Position numbers and translations under genes: made by a program
In this document: positions 44,464-55,259 of the stretch, one piece after another
Layout: the number at the start of each line of letters is the position of its first letter
Numbering within the stretch: the first letter of the stretch is position 1
Source of the DNA: Chloroflexota bacterium
Lineage (GTDB): Bacteria > Chloroflexota > Anaerolineae > Anaerolineales > UBA11858
Reading direction: 5' to 3'
NCBI GenBank assembly: GCA_018263575.1
Contig: JAANWX010000107.1
Location: forward strand, 127-64,126
Length of the DNA stretch: 64,000 bases
Notes under the pieces: model-generated
The model's input: the letters and a program-made list of their open reading frames with translations, nothing else
Database searches by the model: none
What the model was told of the DNA's origin: nothing

Positions 44464-45396
44464 TCACTCTTGAGAGAATGCTTTCTCTAAATAGTCAAGA
44501 GTCTCTTCCTGGTTATCCATCGAAGGAGATACCCTTTTGAAAATTATTGGATACTCATCCAAAGAAATTGTGGTATCCCCTGCTATGCTGATAACCATTT
44601 TGTAACCTGTCTCTTCCGCTTGGCTAAGAATATAAGAACTATTTGCTCCCAAACCATAGGGGAGGGCTAGTGAAATTGGGCAAGTTCCAAGCTTTTTACA
44701 TATTAAGGAATATGAAGCCTCGAGTTCCCACCTTATCTCTTCGTGATAAAGATTGGTAAGGTTTGGATGTGATGCTGTATGGCTGGTTATCTCCACGCCA
44801 TTTTCTTGTAAATATTTATAATATTCCCACGTATCTTCCTCGGTATCATCATGAGCCACAACCCCAATGGAGATAGGTATAGCTTTGTCAAGGAAGATTT
44901 CTACCATCTTTTGGAGCTCTATTTGTACTTTATAAGGGCCAAAATCGTCAATGCTTATGACGATAAGGTTGCTTGGAGGACAAGTGCCTTCTTGATAATA
45001 ATTACGGTAAGCATCTTCATAGGTAGTGGGGATAAAACCATTACCTGCAATTGCCACAACAAGTTCTTCTGTGCGTTTAACGCCAAAACTAGAATGCAGC
45101 ATCAACCCTTTTATGGATGGACAAGAAGTAGTAATTACTTTATCAGAAGATGAGTCTGCTGAGGGAGTAGGGGATATTGTTGGAATTTCTGTTGACGTGG
45201 GGGCAGGGGTAGTGTGCTGAGTTGGTGCAAGTGTAATTAGGGGAGTTTTTGTCGCCAGCGGAGCAGAAGTAGCGCTGTGAGTTGGAGTGAGGGGATAGGC
45301 AGGTGTATTCGTCATCGAAAAAGCGCCCGCTCTGTTTTCGGTGCATCCGCTGGAAAACACAACAATCAATACCAGAAGAAGTAGAGCACCCTTCAT
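44464..45396 (-). CDS. Polysaccharide deacetylase (NodB-like) lipoprotein
   Basis: Start is set at MKGALLLLVLIVVFSSGC (lipobox). ISIDDFG (DD metal motif) and SHTASHPNL (His motif). The ORF track starts at 45438. Confidence 0.6.
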   Translation of the reverse strand: MKGALLLLVLIVVFSSGCTENRAGAFSMTNTPAYPLTPTHSATSAPLATKTPLITLAPTQHTTPAPTSTEIPTISPTPSADSSSDKVITTSCPSIKGLMLHSSFGVKRTEELVVAIAGNGFIPTTYEDAYRNYYQEGTCPPSNLIVISIDDFGPYKVQIELQKMVEIFLDKAIPISIGVVAHDDTEEDTWEYYKYLQENGVEITSHTASHPNLTNLYHEEIRWELEASYSLICKKLGTCPISLALPYGLGANSSYILSQAEETGYKMVISIAGDTTISLDEYPIIFKRVSPSMDNQEETLDYLEKAFSQE

Positions 45397-45496
45397 TTTT
45401 ATCCAATTTATCCAATTTATCCAACGAGATGAAGGCATTAGGCTGTTTCCTTTCTTGTCGTTTTGATTATTTGCGCTGGCAATTGGTTTGGACTAA

Positions 45497-45988
45497 CTAA
45501 GCAAAATGTTCGAGCAAAAACTGAAGCGCAAATTGGGCTGCTTGGCGTTTATTAGCAAGACGATCACCCTGCGTTGTGTGCTGCTTGGCCCAGGTTCCGT
45601 TGGGCATGCTCAGACCGAACCAAGTGGTCCCGACCGGCTTGTCCGGTGTTCCCCCACCGGGGCCGGCGATTCCGCTCACGCTCAGGCCCACGTCCGCGGC
45701 CAGGGCTTGGCGCACGCCTTCCGCCATCTCCCGCACGGTGGCTTCGCTGACCGCGCCGTGAGTCTCTAGCGTATCCCATGAGACGCCCAACAAGCGCACT
45801 TTGGCCTCATAAGCGTAGGCGGTGATGCTGCCCAAGTAATAGGTAGAGGAGCCGGGGATGTTCGTGATGCGATGCCCAACCAACCCGCCGGTACAAGACT
45901 CGGCCACAGCCAACCGCCAACCGCGCTTACGCAATTCTTTTCCAATCAGTTCTTCAATGCGCTTCTGCTCTTGGGGTTTCTTGCTCAT
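45497..45988 (-). CDS. pncC: CinA C-terminal domain / nicotinamide-nucleotide amidase
   Basis: AESCTGGLVGHRITNIPGSSTYYLGSITAYAYEAK is the family hallmark. Confidence 0.85.
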   Translation of the reverse strand: MSKKPQEQKRIEELIGKELRKRGWRLAVAESCTGGLVGHRITNIPGSSTYYLGSITAYAYEAKVRLLGVSWDTLETHGAVSEATVREMAEGVRQALAADVGLSVSGIAGPGGGTPDKPVGTTWFGLSMPNGTWAKQHTTQGDRLANKRQAAQFALQFLLEHFA

Positions 45989-46012
45989 TACGCTTGTTTC
46001 CTTGTCAGCCTT

Positions 46013-47308
46013 TTATGCCAAATATTCCCGGGCCATTTTTTGCCCTTCTTCGAGATCGACTTTGTTAAGGATATAGGCCCCAGGAATGAAGAGAATGAGG
46101 ACAGCAAGCACACCATATCGAATATTGCCGGTTATATAGGCAATGCTTCCCATCAGAGAGGGGCCAATGACTGCAGCGAACTTTCCGAGCATATTGTAGA
46201 ATCCAAAGAACTCCGCTGACTTTTGTTTTGGGATAAGGCGAGTGTAGAGGCTGCGGCTGAGGGCTTGGATGCCGCCCTGGAAAAGACCAATCATAGCGGC
46301 CAAAGTATAAAAATGCCACTCCTTCGTCATCAGGTAACCCAGGAAGGTAATGGTTCCATACCCCAAGATGGCAATAAAGATAGCTCGCTTGAGACCAATT
46401 TTGGAAGCGATCCAGTTATAAGCCAGTGCGGCTGGAAACGAGATGAACTGCACCAAGATCAAGGCCGTTATCAGCGCGCTACTTTTTAAGCCAAGACTCA
46501 TGCCGTAATCGACAGACATTCTCATAATGGTGCCAACGCCATCAATATATAGCCAATAGGCCAACAGGAAAAGCCCAACCACTTTTAAATGGCGAATGTC
46601 TTCGAAAGTTTCTATCAATTGTCGCCAACCCAACCTAAAGGCAGCTCCAATTTTTACCGGATCATGAATTTTGGGTTCCTTTACCCAAATGATCGTGGGA
46701 ATGGAGAATAAGGCCCACCAGGCGGCTACTGAAACGAAGGATAGCTTTACGGCCGTTGCTCCGTCAGGGATGCCAAACATGGCCGGTTTTAGGTACATGA
46801 AAACATTGACTAAAAAGAGGATTCCCCCACCAATATATCCCAGAGCAAAGCCAAGGGAAGAGGTAAAGTCGACCTTTTTTTCTGAAGCTACGCCAGGGAG
46901 GAGAGCGTCATAGAAGATATTTCCTCCGGAAAATCCAATGGTAGCAGTAACATAGAGAAGAACGGCCAACTCCCAAAACCCTTGGGCGACGAACCACAAT
47001 CCGCCAGTTGCTACTACGCCTAAAAGAGCAAAAGTGAAGAGGAATTTCTTCTTGGCGGTCCCCCTATCTGCTACAGCGCCCAGAAACGGCGCCAGGATAG
47101 CAATCGTTATGGAAGCTGTGGAATTGGCTAATCCCAGGTAAAAGGTGCTTTGGGTAGGGTTGCCGGGATTAGCGGCCCAATAGTCTTTGAAGAAGAGAGG
47201 GAAGAATCCGGATATTACCGTGGTGGCAAAGGCGGAGTTAGCCCAATCGTACATGGCCCAAGCATTAATAGCGCGAGGTTGATCTTTTGAATTCATTTTA
47301 GTCTCCAA
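46013..47308 (-). CDS. MFS transporter, UMF1/Atg22-like, paralogue A
   Basis: 431 aa, 12 TM helices. N-terminus AWAMYDWANSAFATTV. Aligns without gaps to 48768-50063. Confidence 0.8.
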   Translation of the reverse strand: METKMNSKDQPRAINAWAMYDWANSAFATTVISGFFPLFFKDYWAANPGNPTQSTFYLGLANSTASITIAILAPFLGAVADRGTAKKKFLFTFALLGVVATGGLWFVAQGFWELAVLLYVTATIGFSGGNIFYDALLPGVASEKKVDFTSSLGFALGYIGGGILFLVNVFMYLKPAMFGIPDGATAVKLSFVSVAAWWALFSIPTIIWVKEPKIHDPVKIGAAFRLGWRQLIETFEDIRHLKVVGLFLLAYWLYIDGVGTIMRMSVDYGMSLGLKSSALITALILVQFISFPAALAYNWIASKIGLKRAIFIAILGYGTITFLGYLMTKEWHFYTLAAMIGLFQGGIQALSRSLYTRLIPKQKSAEFFGFYNMLGKFAAVIGPSLMGSIAYITGNIRYGVLAVLILFIPGAYILNKVDLEEGQKMAREYLA

Positions 47309-47320
47309 TTGTTAAGTTTG

Positions 47321-48067
47321 TCACCTCATTCTTTTTTCCACGACCCAAAAATGGGATAACCCAAAAATTTTCAGGGGTGTGCGCTCTAGAAAATGGAGGG
47401 CAGCACGTAAGGCACGTCCCAAGCGGGGCCATCTGGCTATAATATTATCATACGCACCAAAAATGATGGTTCGTTTTATAATAGAAACTGGTAAACCTTC
47501 GAAGAGGGATGCCAAATCTCGCCGGGTATAGACCCGAACATGAGGCGCCAGCCGGTCCCGCCATTTGTGGGGGAGATAGTTAACCAAGGGGACATTGCCG
47601 AAGTGGTATTCCCCTTTCCAGTAGATGCCGTGGGTTTCAAAAGGGTAACCGCGGTTGGGGCAGAAGAGGGCCAACCGTCCGCCGGGGCGCAGTGCCCGCA
47701 CAATCTCGGTGATGGCGGCGCGGTCGTCCTGGACGTGTTCGATGACTTCGTGGCTGAGGATGAGGTCGAAAGTGTTGGGGGGGAAGGGAAGGTGCTCCCC
47801 GGCCGCGGTGAGGATGTGCTGGGCGTGACGGTTGGCCTCCACCGCGCGAGGATGGTCATATTCCAGGCCCACAACCGTACCGCCCAAGGGAGAAAGATGG
47901 CGAACGTACATGCCAACGCCGCACCCATCTTCCAGAATTTGGCCCTTGATCCGCTCCCCGGCAGCTTCCCGCACCATCTCCAAACGGCGGTCTTGTCCAT
48001 CACGCCACACATAAGAAGGTTCGCCACGCAGGGCGGCTTTATCGTGAAAAGTGGGCGCCTGACTCAT
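47321..48067 (-). CDS. Class I SAM-dependent methyltransferase
   Basis: LEDGCGVGMY (motif I), LILSHEVIEHV and RPGGRL. 248 aa. Confidence 0.75.
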   Translation of the reverse strand: MSQAPTFHDKAALRGEPSYVWRDGQDRRLEMVREAAGERIKGQILEDGCGVGMYVRHLSPLGGTVVGLEYDHPRAVEANRHAQHILTAAGEHLPFPPNTFDLILSHEVIEHVQDDRAAITEIVRALRPGGRLALFCPNRGYPFETHGIYWKGEYHFGNVPLVNYLPHKWRDRLAPHVRVYTRRDLASLFEGLPVSIIKRTIIFGAYDNIIARWPRLGRALRAALHFLERTPLKIFGLSHFWVVEKRMR

Positions 48068-48759
48068 TTCTCGCCCCAGTGGATGGCTATGGTGCCAAAC
48101 ATAGTGCGCTCGTAAAGAATCTTCCGGAAACCGGCCGCGGCCAAGTGAGCGGTCAGTCGTTCAGCCCGCAGAAAGTTTTCTGAGCTTTCCGGCAAATAGG
48201 TGTAAGCGTCCCCGTAGCCAGTGAAGAGACGTCCCAGGGTTGGGATGACGACTCGCATATAGAATTTGATGAGCGGAGAGAACAGGTTTGGGGTGGGCTG
48301 GGTGGTGTCGAGGGAGACAAATTTGCCGCCGGGCTTGAGTACTCGGTATTGTTCGCTGAGTCCGCGGGGAAGGTCAGCGACGTTGCGCAACAAAAAACCG
48401 GAGATTACAGCGTCGAAGGTATTTTTCGGGAAGGGGAGTTGGAGGGCATCAGCCGCGTTCCAGGCAATTTGGGGGGTACTGTACTTGCGCCGGCCAACAC
48501 ACATCATGGGGAGGGTGAAGTCCGCAGCGATGACGCGGCTGTCAGGGTGACGGTGGGCAACCTCTCCCGCTAAATCACCGGTCCCGGTCCCCAAATCCAG
48601 GACGAGGGCGTTGGGGGGCAGGGCGGCCCGGTCGAGGACAATTTTCCGCCAGCGGGCATCCTGTCCCCCGGTGATCAAGCGATTCATGAAGTCATACTTG
48701 GGCGCGATGCGAGCAAACATCTCCCGAACCGCGCCTGCTTTTGGGTTAGAAATCGGCAT
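48064..48759 (-). CDS. ubiE: Demethylmenaquinone/ubiquinone methyltransferase UbiE/MenG
   Basis: VREMFARIAPKYDFMNRLITGGQDARWRK, LDLGTGTGD and LKPGGKFV. Confidence 0.8.
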   Translation of the reverse strand: MPISNPKAGAVREMFARIAPKYDFMNRLITGGQDARWRKIVLDRAALPPNALVLDLGTGTGDLAGEVAHRHPDSRVIAADFTLPMMCVGRRKYSTPQIAWNAADALQLPFPKNTFDAVISGFLLRNVADLPRGLSEQYRVLKPGGKFVSLDTTQPTPNLFSPLIKFYMRVVIPTLGRLFTGYGDAYTYLPESSENFLRAERLTAHLAAAGFRKILYERTMFGTIAIHWGEK

Positions 48760-48767
48760 ATCTTTGC

Positions 48768-50063
48768 TTAGACCAGATGCTCCTGGGCCATTCTTTGCCC
48801 CTCTTCAATGTCCACCTTGGCGAGGAGGAATCCACCCACAAGGAAGAGGACGAGAATGGAGAGAATTCCATAGCGAGCGTTGCCGGTCAAGACGGTTACG
48901 GTTCCCATGAGACTTGGCCCAATAACGGCGGCGAATTTCCCGAGCATGTTGTAGAAGCCGAAAAACTCCGCGGATTTGGCCTTGGGGATGAGGCGGGTGT
49001 AAAGGCTGCGGCTGAGGGCTTGAATGCCTCCCTGGAATAAACCTATCATAGCTGCCAGGGCGTAAAAATGCCATTCCGCGTTCATCAGGAAGCCGAGGAA
49101 GGTAATTACCCCATAGGCGGCGATGGCAATGAAGATGGCTCGCTTGAGGCCAACTTTGGAGGCAAACCAGTTATAGGCCAGCGCGGCTGGGAAGGCGATG
49201 AATTGAACCATGAGCAGGGCAATGATGAGCGAGCTGGAGGGGAAGCCCAGGGTCATGCCATAGTCAACGGCCATGCGGACGATGGTGTCTACGCCGTCAA
49301 TGTAGAACCAATAAGCCAAAAGGAAAAGCCCCACCACTTTGAGGTGGCGAATGTCTTCGAGGGTGCCGATCAATTGTTGCCAGCCTAATTTGAAAGCGGC
49401 CCCAAGTTTTACCGGATCATGGATTTTGGGTTCTTTCACCCACAGAGCGATGGGAATGGAGAAAATGGCCCACCAGACAGCGACGGTGACAAAAGAGATT
49501 TTTATGGCGGTTTCCGGGTCAGGGATGCCAAAGAGTTCCGGCTTTTGGAACATGACCACGTTGACCAAGAAAAGCAGTCCGCCGCCAATGTATCCCAAGG
49601 CAAAGCCCAGAGAAGAGGCATAATCGACTTTTTCTTCCGAGGCCACTCCGGGGAGGAGGGAATCATAAAAGATGTTGCCGCCCGAGAATCCAATGGTAGC
49701 GACTACATAAAGCAGGACGGCCAGTTGCCAAAATCCTTGGGCCACGAACCACAACCCCCCGGTTGCTACAACACCAAGAAGGGCAAATGAGAAGAGGAAT
49801 TTCTTTTTGGCGGTTCCCCTATCGGCTACTGCTCCCAAAAATGGAGCTAATAAGGCAATAACTATCGAAGCGATGGAGTTGGCCAGCCCCAGGTAAAAGG
49901 TGCTGGTAGTAGGGTCATCGGGGTTGGCGGCCCAATAGGCCTTAAAGAAAAGGGGGAAGAATCCGGCCATTACCGTGGTGGCAAAGGCGGAATTGGCCCA
50001 ATCGTATAGGGCCCAAGCATTGATGGCGCGGCGCTGATCTTTTGTGTTCATGTTTTCTCCCAT
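48768..50063 (-). CDS. MFS transporter, UMF1/Atg22-like, paralogue B
   Basis: 431 aa, collinear with paralogue A. Most residues are identical by eye. Confidence 0.8.
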   Translation of the reverse strand: MGENMNTKDQRRAINAWALYDWANSAFATTVMAGFFPLFFKAYWAANPDDPTTSTFYLGLANSIASIVIALLAPFLGAVADRGTAKKKFLFSFALLGVVATGGLWFVAQGFWQLAVLLYVVATIGFSGGNIFYDSLLPGVASEEKVDYASSLGFALGYIGGGLLFLVNVVMFQKPELFGIPDPETAIKISFVTVAVWWAIFSIPIALWVKEPKIHDPVKLGAAFKLGWQQLIGTLEDIRHLKVVGLFLLAYWFYIDGVDTIVRMAVDYGMTLGFPSSSLIIALLMVQFIAFPAALAYNWFASKVGLKRAIFIAIAAYGVITFLGFLMNAEWHFYALAAMIGLFQGGIQALSRSLYTRLIPKAKSAEFFGFYNMLGKFAAVIGPSLMGTVTVLTGNARYGILSILVLFLVGGFLLAKVDIEEGQRMAQEHLV

Positions 50064-50210
50064 GGATAAAAGGGTATATTGCGCCTCATTATATTACAGA
50101 GGGTGGCAGGTTGGTAGGTTGGGAGAGTTTTATGTATTTTCCTAAAAAATCTGTTATAATTCTCCAGTAAGAAAACATCCACCTTCCATAACACATAGAG
50201 AAATAATTCC

Positions 50211-52433
50211 ATGGCACTAGAAAAAATTGGTCGCTATCAAATTAAAAAGAAATTAGGCCAAGGGGGAATGGCCACTGTCTTCCATGCTTTCGATCCGCGC
50301 TTCGAGCGTGATGTAGCTGTCAAGGTGTTGCCGCGTGCTTTTTTACACGACAATCTATTCCAGGCACGCTTCGAAAGAGAGGCCAAGACCGTTGCCGCTC
50401 TCGAACACGGAGCAATTGTACCTGTTTACGACTTTGGTGAAGAAGACGGTCAGCCTTATATTGTCATGCGCCTCATGTCCGGAGGGTCGCTGGAAGATAA
50501 GCTCAAAAAAGGAGCGCTTTCCATCCCTGAAGCTGTTAAAATTCTTGATCAATTAGGCTCAGGTTTGGATGCGGCCCATAGCCACGGCGTAATTCACCGA
50601 GATATGAAGCCCGCCAATATACTTTTTGACCAATATGGGAACGCATATTTATCCGATTTTGGGATTGCACGCTTGACCGAATCTAGTCACACACTCACCG
50701 GAGAGAATATCTTGGGCACGCCTGCTTATATGAGTCCTGAGCAGGTACAAGGTGATAAAGACCTGGATGGGCGCTGTGACCAATATGCTTTGGGAATCAT
50801 TTTCTACCAAATGTTAATCGGCCATGTGCCCTACCAAGCGACAACACCGGCCAAGGTGATGATGATGCACATCTTGGAGCCAGTGCCAGATATTTCAGCC
50901 GTCAGCTCTGAAATCCCCCAGATGGTAGAGGTTTGGTTTACAAAGGTTCTCTCCAAAGAACCTGAAGATCGCTTCGAAACCGTAACAGAGATGGTTGAAG
51001 CGCTCAAACACGCTACCCAGGGACAATCGCACCCTACCCTGGCGGCCACACTAGCAAAAATTGACCGCATACCGGAGAAGACAACCGCGCTCCGCCAACA
51101 ACCATCTCCACCTGCGGAAGCCAAAACCAAACGCGGTAAGAAACCTCTCCTTATAGGCGCTATAGGTGTGGTTGGAATTGCTGTTTTGAGTTTACTCCTC
51201 TTAGGCTATTTTGGCTGGCAGGGACAAGGACCTTTGGCTATGCTGCAGCCAGCCTTCCCTACAAGCAGTGTGCCCACTTCACCAGTGGCCCCTTCGCTAG
51301 AGTCTACGGCCACAGAGGTAGCTGCCGTTGCGCCAGATTCGTCACCCTCACCAACGCCGACAAAGTTCTCCCCTACAGAAACGCAAGCCTCAACCAGTAC
51401 CAGCCCCACACCCTCCTCGGATAATGAAGAGACTCCGACGCCAACGGCCACAAACGCTGCCCCAGAAGTCATTACCCAAGGCGGGGCAGCTCAAGTGGCC
51501 TTTATAAATGCCAATGATATTTGGCTTATAAACCTCGATGGCAGTGATCTAGAACAATTGACAACAGACGGTGTAACAAAACACGACCTGAACTGGCATC
51601 CTAATGGGAAAGACCTTTATTTTATCTCCGGGAGATGTATCTGGACTGTGAATGTGGAGATGGAAACAAAACAAGTTGAATACGTGATCTGCCTGGAGAC
51701 TGCCAAATCCTTAGATGAATTTAGTATCTCGCCAGATGGAAAACAAGTTGCCATTAGCCTTAATATGGAATTATACCTGGTGCCTTTCGATAAGGACCGT
51801 TTAAAACAAGCGCGATATAGCACACATTTAGAGGATATGAGTGACTGCGAGGCTTTCGATCCCTGGGCAATAACAGAAGGCGAGCCGGAGCAAGTGAAAG
51901 ATGTCCACTGGTCTGACGACGGGAACATCTTGACGGTCATGTTCGTTGGGAACGTGGGAGGAATTAAGGGGGATGCTGTTAGAGTTTTGGACATTGAGGA
52001 CTGCAATCAACAACCTGACCGCTTAGACGTTTTCCCTGCCGGCCGTTTAGAAGTTGACAATTATTCTGACTCTCCAACTTTGGAAAATTTCGCCTATGAT
52101 GGCGGTTTCCTTTACGCTTTTACAAACTTCGTTCGCAACGACGGCTATGGAGACTTGTATATTTATAATGGCGACCTGCGTATAGGAGATGAGAAAGTCA
52201 ACCCTATTAACGAAAAATGTTGTTATCGCGATCCAGTCTTTAGCCCCGATGGCCGCTATCTACTATTTACGTACCAATCCATGGATACTGGCGGCAATGC
52301 GCAACTATATTACATTCTCTATGCCACCATGGGAACAGGGGCAAGCTATGAGCCCCTTCCAGTTCCTGATGATTTCTTCAGTGATCCACGCGTCAAACCC
52401 GAACCTGCCCTTCGGCCAGTCGGCGGGGAATAG
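50211..52433 (+). CDS. Hanks-type Ser/Thr protein kinase with TM helix and TolB/WD40-like beta-propeller
   Basis: GQGGMATVF, VAVK, HRDMKPANILF, DFGIA and GTPAYMSPEQ. One TM helix, a Pro/Ser/Thr linker, and a C-terminal propeller-like repeat (FSPDGR). Confidence 0.9.
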   Translation: MALEKIGRYQIKKKLGQGGMATVFHAFDPRFERDVAVKVLPRAFLHDNLFQARFEREAKTVAALEHGAIVPVYDFGEEDGQPYIVMRLMSGGSLEDKLKKGALSIPEAVKILDQLGSGLDAAHSHGVIHRDMKPANILFDQYGNAYLSDFGIARLTESSHTLTGENILGTPAYMSPEQVQGDKDLDGRCDQYALGIIFYQMLIGHVPYQATTPAKVMMMHILEPVPDISAVSSEIPQMVEVWFTKVLSKEPEDRFETVTEMVEALKHATQGQSHPTLAATLAKIDRIPEKTTALRQQPSPPAEAKTKRGKKPLLIGAIGVVGIAVLSLLLLGYFGWQGQGPLAMLQPAFPTSSVPTSPVAPSLESTATEVAAVAPDSSPSPTPTKFSPTETQASTSTSPTPSSDNEETPTPTATNAAPEVITQGGAAQVAFINANDIWLINLDGSDLEQLTTDGVTKHDLNWHPNGKDLYFISGRCIWTVNVEMETKQVEYVICLETAKSLDEFSISPDGKQVAISLNMELYLVPFDKDRLKQARYSTHLEDMSDCEAFDPWAITEGEPEQVKDVHWSDDGNILTVMFVGNVGGIKGDAVRVLDIEDCNQQPDRLDVFPAGRLEVDNYSDSPTLENFAYDGGFLYAFTNFVRNDGYGDLYIYNGDLRIGDEKVNPINEKCCYRDPVFSPDGRYLLFTYQSMDTGGNAQLYYILYATMGTGASYEPLPVPDDFFSDPRVKPEPALRPVGGE

Positions 52434-52793
52434 GCAAGACCAAGGGGTCATCATCTGAGTTGACGCACTCAAGCCCCCATGCTATTATGTAACCATAATT
52501 TATTCCTGTTTTATCTTGCAGTTTTTTAAGGGCTTTTCATTTTTATTCTCCATTCATTGCATTTATCTGCCATTCTTTGCTATTCATCATTATCTCTTTT
52601 ATCACGAGGACACAACAAACTACTGGTAAGATAAACCAAATCGTATAAATATCCCTTAAATGCTGCGAGTGCAAGCTTAGGGCTTGTTCAAAAAGCTTTG
52701 TGTTTTCTGCTTGTTTAGATGGCGAAAACTACAAAGTTGATCATGGACAGGCCTTAGCCATACTCGCTTTTTTTAATGTTAAGGAAGGTTTCT

Positions 52794-53843
52794 ATGAGTT
52801 TAGAATTTATTGTTCGAATTATCGGTATGATCGTCTTTGGAATCAGCGGGGGCTATTTTGGGGTGCATTTTAGCACCCTTACTTCGATCCCACCTGAAGA
52901 GAATGCGCTGATTTTTTCCTTAGTAGGAGCCTTAATAGGGTTGATACTGACGCCTCTAATAACAACACGCCCATTGAAAACATTTCGGTCTGTGTTAAGC
53001 CAACTAGAAACCAAAACCTTGGGAGCCGGGCTGCTTGGATTAACCGTGGGCCTGGTAATTGCCGCCTTATTAGCTTTCCCTCTTTCCTTATTGCCTTCTC
53101 CTTTTGGCGAGATTCTCCCTTTCATAGGCGCACTTTTGGCTTCCTACTTTGGCGTAGCCATTTTCATTATGCGCAAAAACGATATATTTTCCATTTTCCC
53201 TGCCCCGGTTTTTAAACCATTCAAAGAGGGTGACAAGCCCCGTGAAGGCAGCCAAAGGACGATTTTGATAGACACAAGCGTGATCATTGATGGACGCATC
53301 AATGACATTGCTCAAACAGGGTTTCTGATAGGAGAATTACTCATCCCCCGTTTTGTCTTAGATGAATTACAGCACATTGCCGATTCCTCAGATGGCTTAC
53401 GCCGCCAACGAGGAAGGCGGGGCATGGAGATTTTATCGAAACTACAAGAGTCTCAGAAAATACCCGTTCGCATCAGTGATATCGATGTGGAAGACACCCA
53501 TGAAGTAGATAGCAAGCTTATCATTTTGGCGCGGCAATTGAACTGTCCCATTTTGACCAACGACTATAACCTGAATCGGGTGGCCGAATTACAGGGAGTA
53601 TCTATTCTAAACATCAACGAATTGGCCAATGCTGTTAAAGCAGTTCTTCTACCTGGAGAAACAGTAGAAGTAAAAATCATCCAGGAAGGCAAAGAACGCA
53701 ATCAGGGCGTTGGTTACCTATCGGATGGCACAATGGTCGTCGTTGAAAATGGCCAACAATACATCAACCAAGATATTGTTGCCCTGGTAACAAAAGTTCT
53801 CCAAACGGCTGCCGGACGCATGATCTTCGCCCGACCAGAATAA
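52794..53843 (+). CDS. yacL: PIN/TRAM-domain membrane protein (YacL-like)
   Basis: Start is at the ATG after an AGGAAGG SD. 4 TM helices, PIN (ILIDTSVIIDGRI, LTNDYNLN), and a C-terminal TRAM-like GETVEVKI..EGKE..QGVGYL.DGTMVVV. Confidence 0.75.
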   Translation: MSLEFIVRIIGMIVFGISGGYFGVHFSTLTSIPPEENALIFSLVGALIGLILTPLITTRPLKTFRSVLSQLETKTLGAGLLGLTVGLVIAALLAFPLSLLPSPFGEILPFIGALLASYFGVAIFIMRKNDIFSIFPAPVFKPFKEGDKPREGSQRTILIDTSVIIDGRINDIAQTGFLIGELLIPRFVLDELQHIADSSDGLRRQRGRRGMEILSKLQESQKIPVRISDIDVEDTHEVDSKLIILARQLNCPILTNDYNLNRVAELQGVSILNINELANAVKAVLLPGETVEVKIIQEGKERNQGVGYLSDGTMVVVENGQQYINQDIVALVTKVLQTAAGRMIFARPE

Positions 53844-53864
53844 GTAGAGCTAGGAGTAACCAGT

Positions 53865-55256
53865 ATGGCTTTGAAAATTTATAACACCCTTACTCGCCAA
53901 AAAGAACTTTTTAAACCCATAAAACCCGGACAAGTCACCATGTACGTCTGCGGTCCCACCGTCTATGATAAGGCCCACGTCGGGCATGCCATGTCTGCTC
54001 TCGTTTTTGACATCATTCGCCGCTATTTGGAATACAAGGGCTATCAAGTCAAACACGTATCGAATTACACGGACGTGGACGACAAAATCATCCAAAAGGC
54101 CTTGGTAGAAGGCGTTGAGCCCCTGAAAATAGCGGAGAAATATATTCGGGAGTTCGACCAACATCTGAAAGACTTAAACGTTTTGACGGCCGACGCCTAT
54201 CCCCGGGCCACAGAGGAAGTGGACCACATCATCGAATCCATCGCTAAGCTGGAGGAAAAAAGCTACGCCTACGCTGGGGAAGGCGATGTCTATTATCGCG
54301 TCAATAAATTCGAGGGATATGGCAAATTATCGGGACGAAAAGTAGAGGACATGCAAGCTGGTTCCCGCATAGCCGTCGATTCCCAAAAAGAACATCCCAT
54401 GGATTTCGTGCTGTGGAAAGCGGCCAAACCTGGCGAGCCGTTCTGGGAGAGTCCCTGGGGGAAGGGGCGTCCGGGATGGCACATCGAGTGCTCGGTGATG
54501 TGCCTTAACCACCTTGGGGAGCGGATCGACATCCACGGGGGCGGGAATGACCTGGTCTTCCCCCACCACGAAAACGAAATTGCCCAAAGCGAAGCCCTGA
54601 CCGGAAAACGTTTTGCCAAGTATTGGGTACACAACGGCATGATGCAACTTTCGGGGACAAAAATGTCCAAGTCCCTGGGTGTACTGGTCACTGTTGACAC
54701 CTTTTTGGCGGAGCATGAGCCCGATGTCCTGCGCATGATGCTCCTCAATTCCAGTTACCGGGGCCCACTCACCTTCAACGAAGAGACCACCCAACACGCC
54801 CAAAACGCCCTAGAGCGCCTGCGTTCCGCGCTGCGCCCGGCTCGCCCTCAGGGGGACGGGGTGAGGGATGGGGGATTACAAGACCAGGCGGATACCACGT
54901 ACCAAAAATTTATAGAAGCCATGGATGACGACTTCAACACCGCCGGAGCGCTGGGTCACCTCTTTGACCTGGTGCGGGCCATCAATCAGGCGCGAGACCA
55001 GGGCGTGGACGCCGCCACTCTCGCCGTTGGCCAGGACCTGCTGCGGGAACTAACCGCCGTCCTCGGCCTGACCCTGGAGCGGGAAGAAAAAGGTGCGGGA
55101 GAGGTTGCCCCCTTTGTGGACCTCCTCCTGGAAATCCGGAGCGAATTGCGGAACCAGAAACTCTGGGCGCTTTCCGATAAAATCCGCGACCAACTCCTGG
55201 AACTGGACGTCGTCCTCGAAGACAGCCCTCAAGGCACAACCTGGCGTTGGAAATAA
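53865..55256 (+). CDS. cysS: Cysteine--tRNA ligase
   Basis: HVGHA (HIGH), the WH.ECS zinc site, and KMSKS. 463 aa. Confidence 0.95.
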   Translation: MALKIYNTLTRQKELFKPIKPGQVTMYVCGPTVYDKAHVGHAMSALVFDIIRRYLEYKGYQVKHVSNYTDVDDKIIQKALVEGVEPLKIAEKYIREFDQHLKDLNVLTADAYPRATEEVDHIIESIAKLEEKSYAYAGEGDVYYRVNKFEGYGKLSGRKVEDMQAGSRIAVDSQKEHPMDFVLWKAAKPGEPFWESPWGKGRPGWHIECSVMCLNHLGERIDIHGGGNDLVFPHHENEIAQSEALTGKRFAKYWVHNGMMQLSGTKMSKSLGVLVTVDTFLAEHEPDVLRMMLLNSSYRGPLTFNEETTQHAQNALERLRSALRPARPQGDGVRDGGLQDQADTTYQKFIEAMDDDFNTAGALGHLFDLVRAINQARDQGVDAATLAVGQDLLRELTAVLGLTLEREEKGAGEVAPFVDLLLEIRSELRNQKLWALSDKIRDQLLELDVVLEDSPQGTTWRWK

Positions 55257-55259
55257 TTT

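Noticed and set aside
47476-48115. 183-aa and 191-aa ORFs overlapping the SAM methyltransferase gene
   Set aside because: They are alternative-frame or antisense shadows of a gene with clear methyltransferase motifs.
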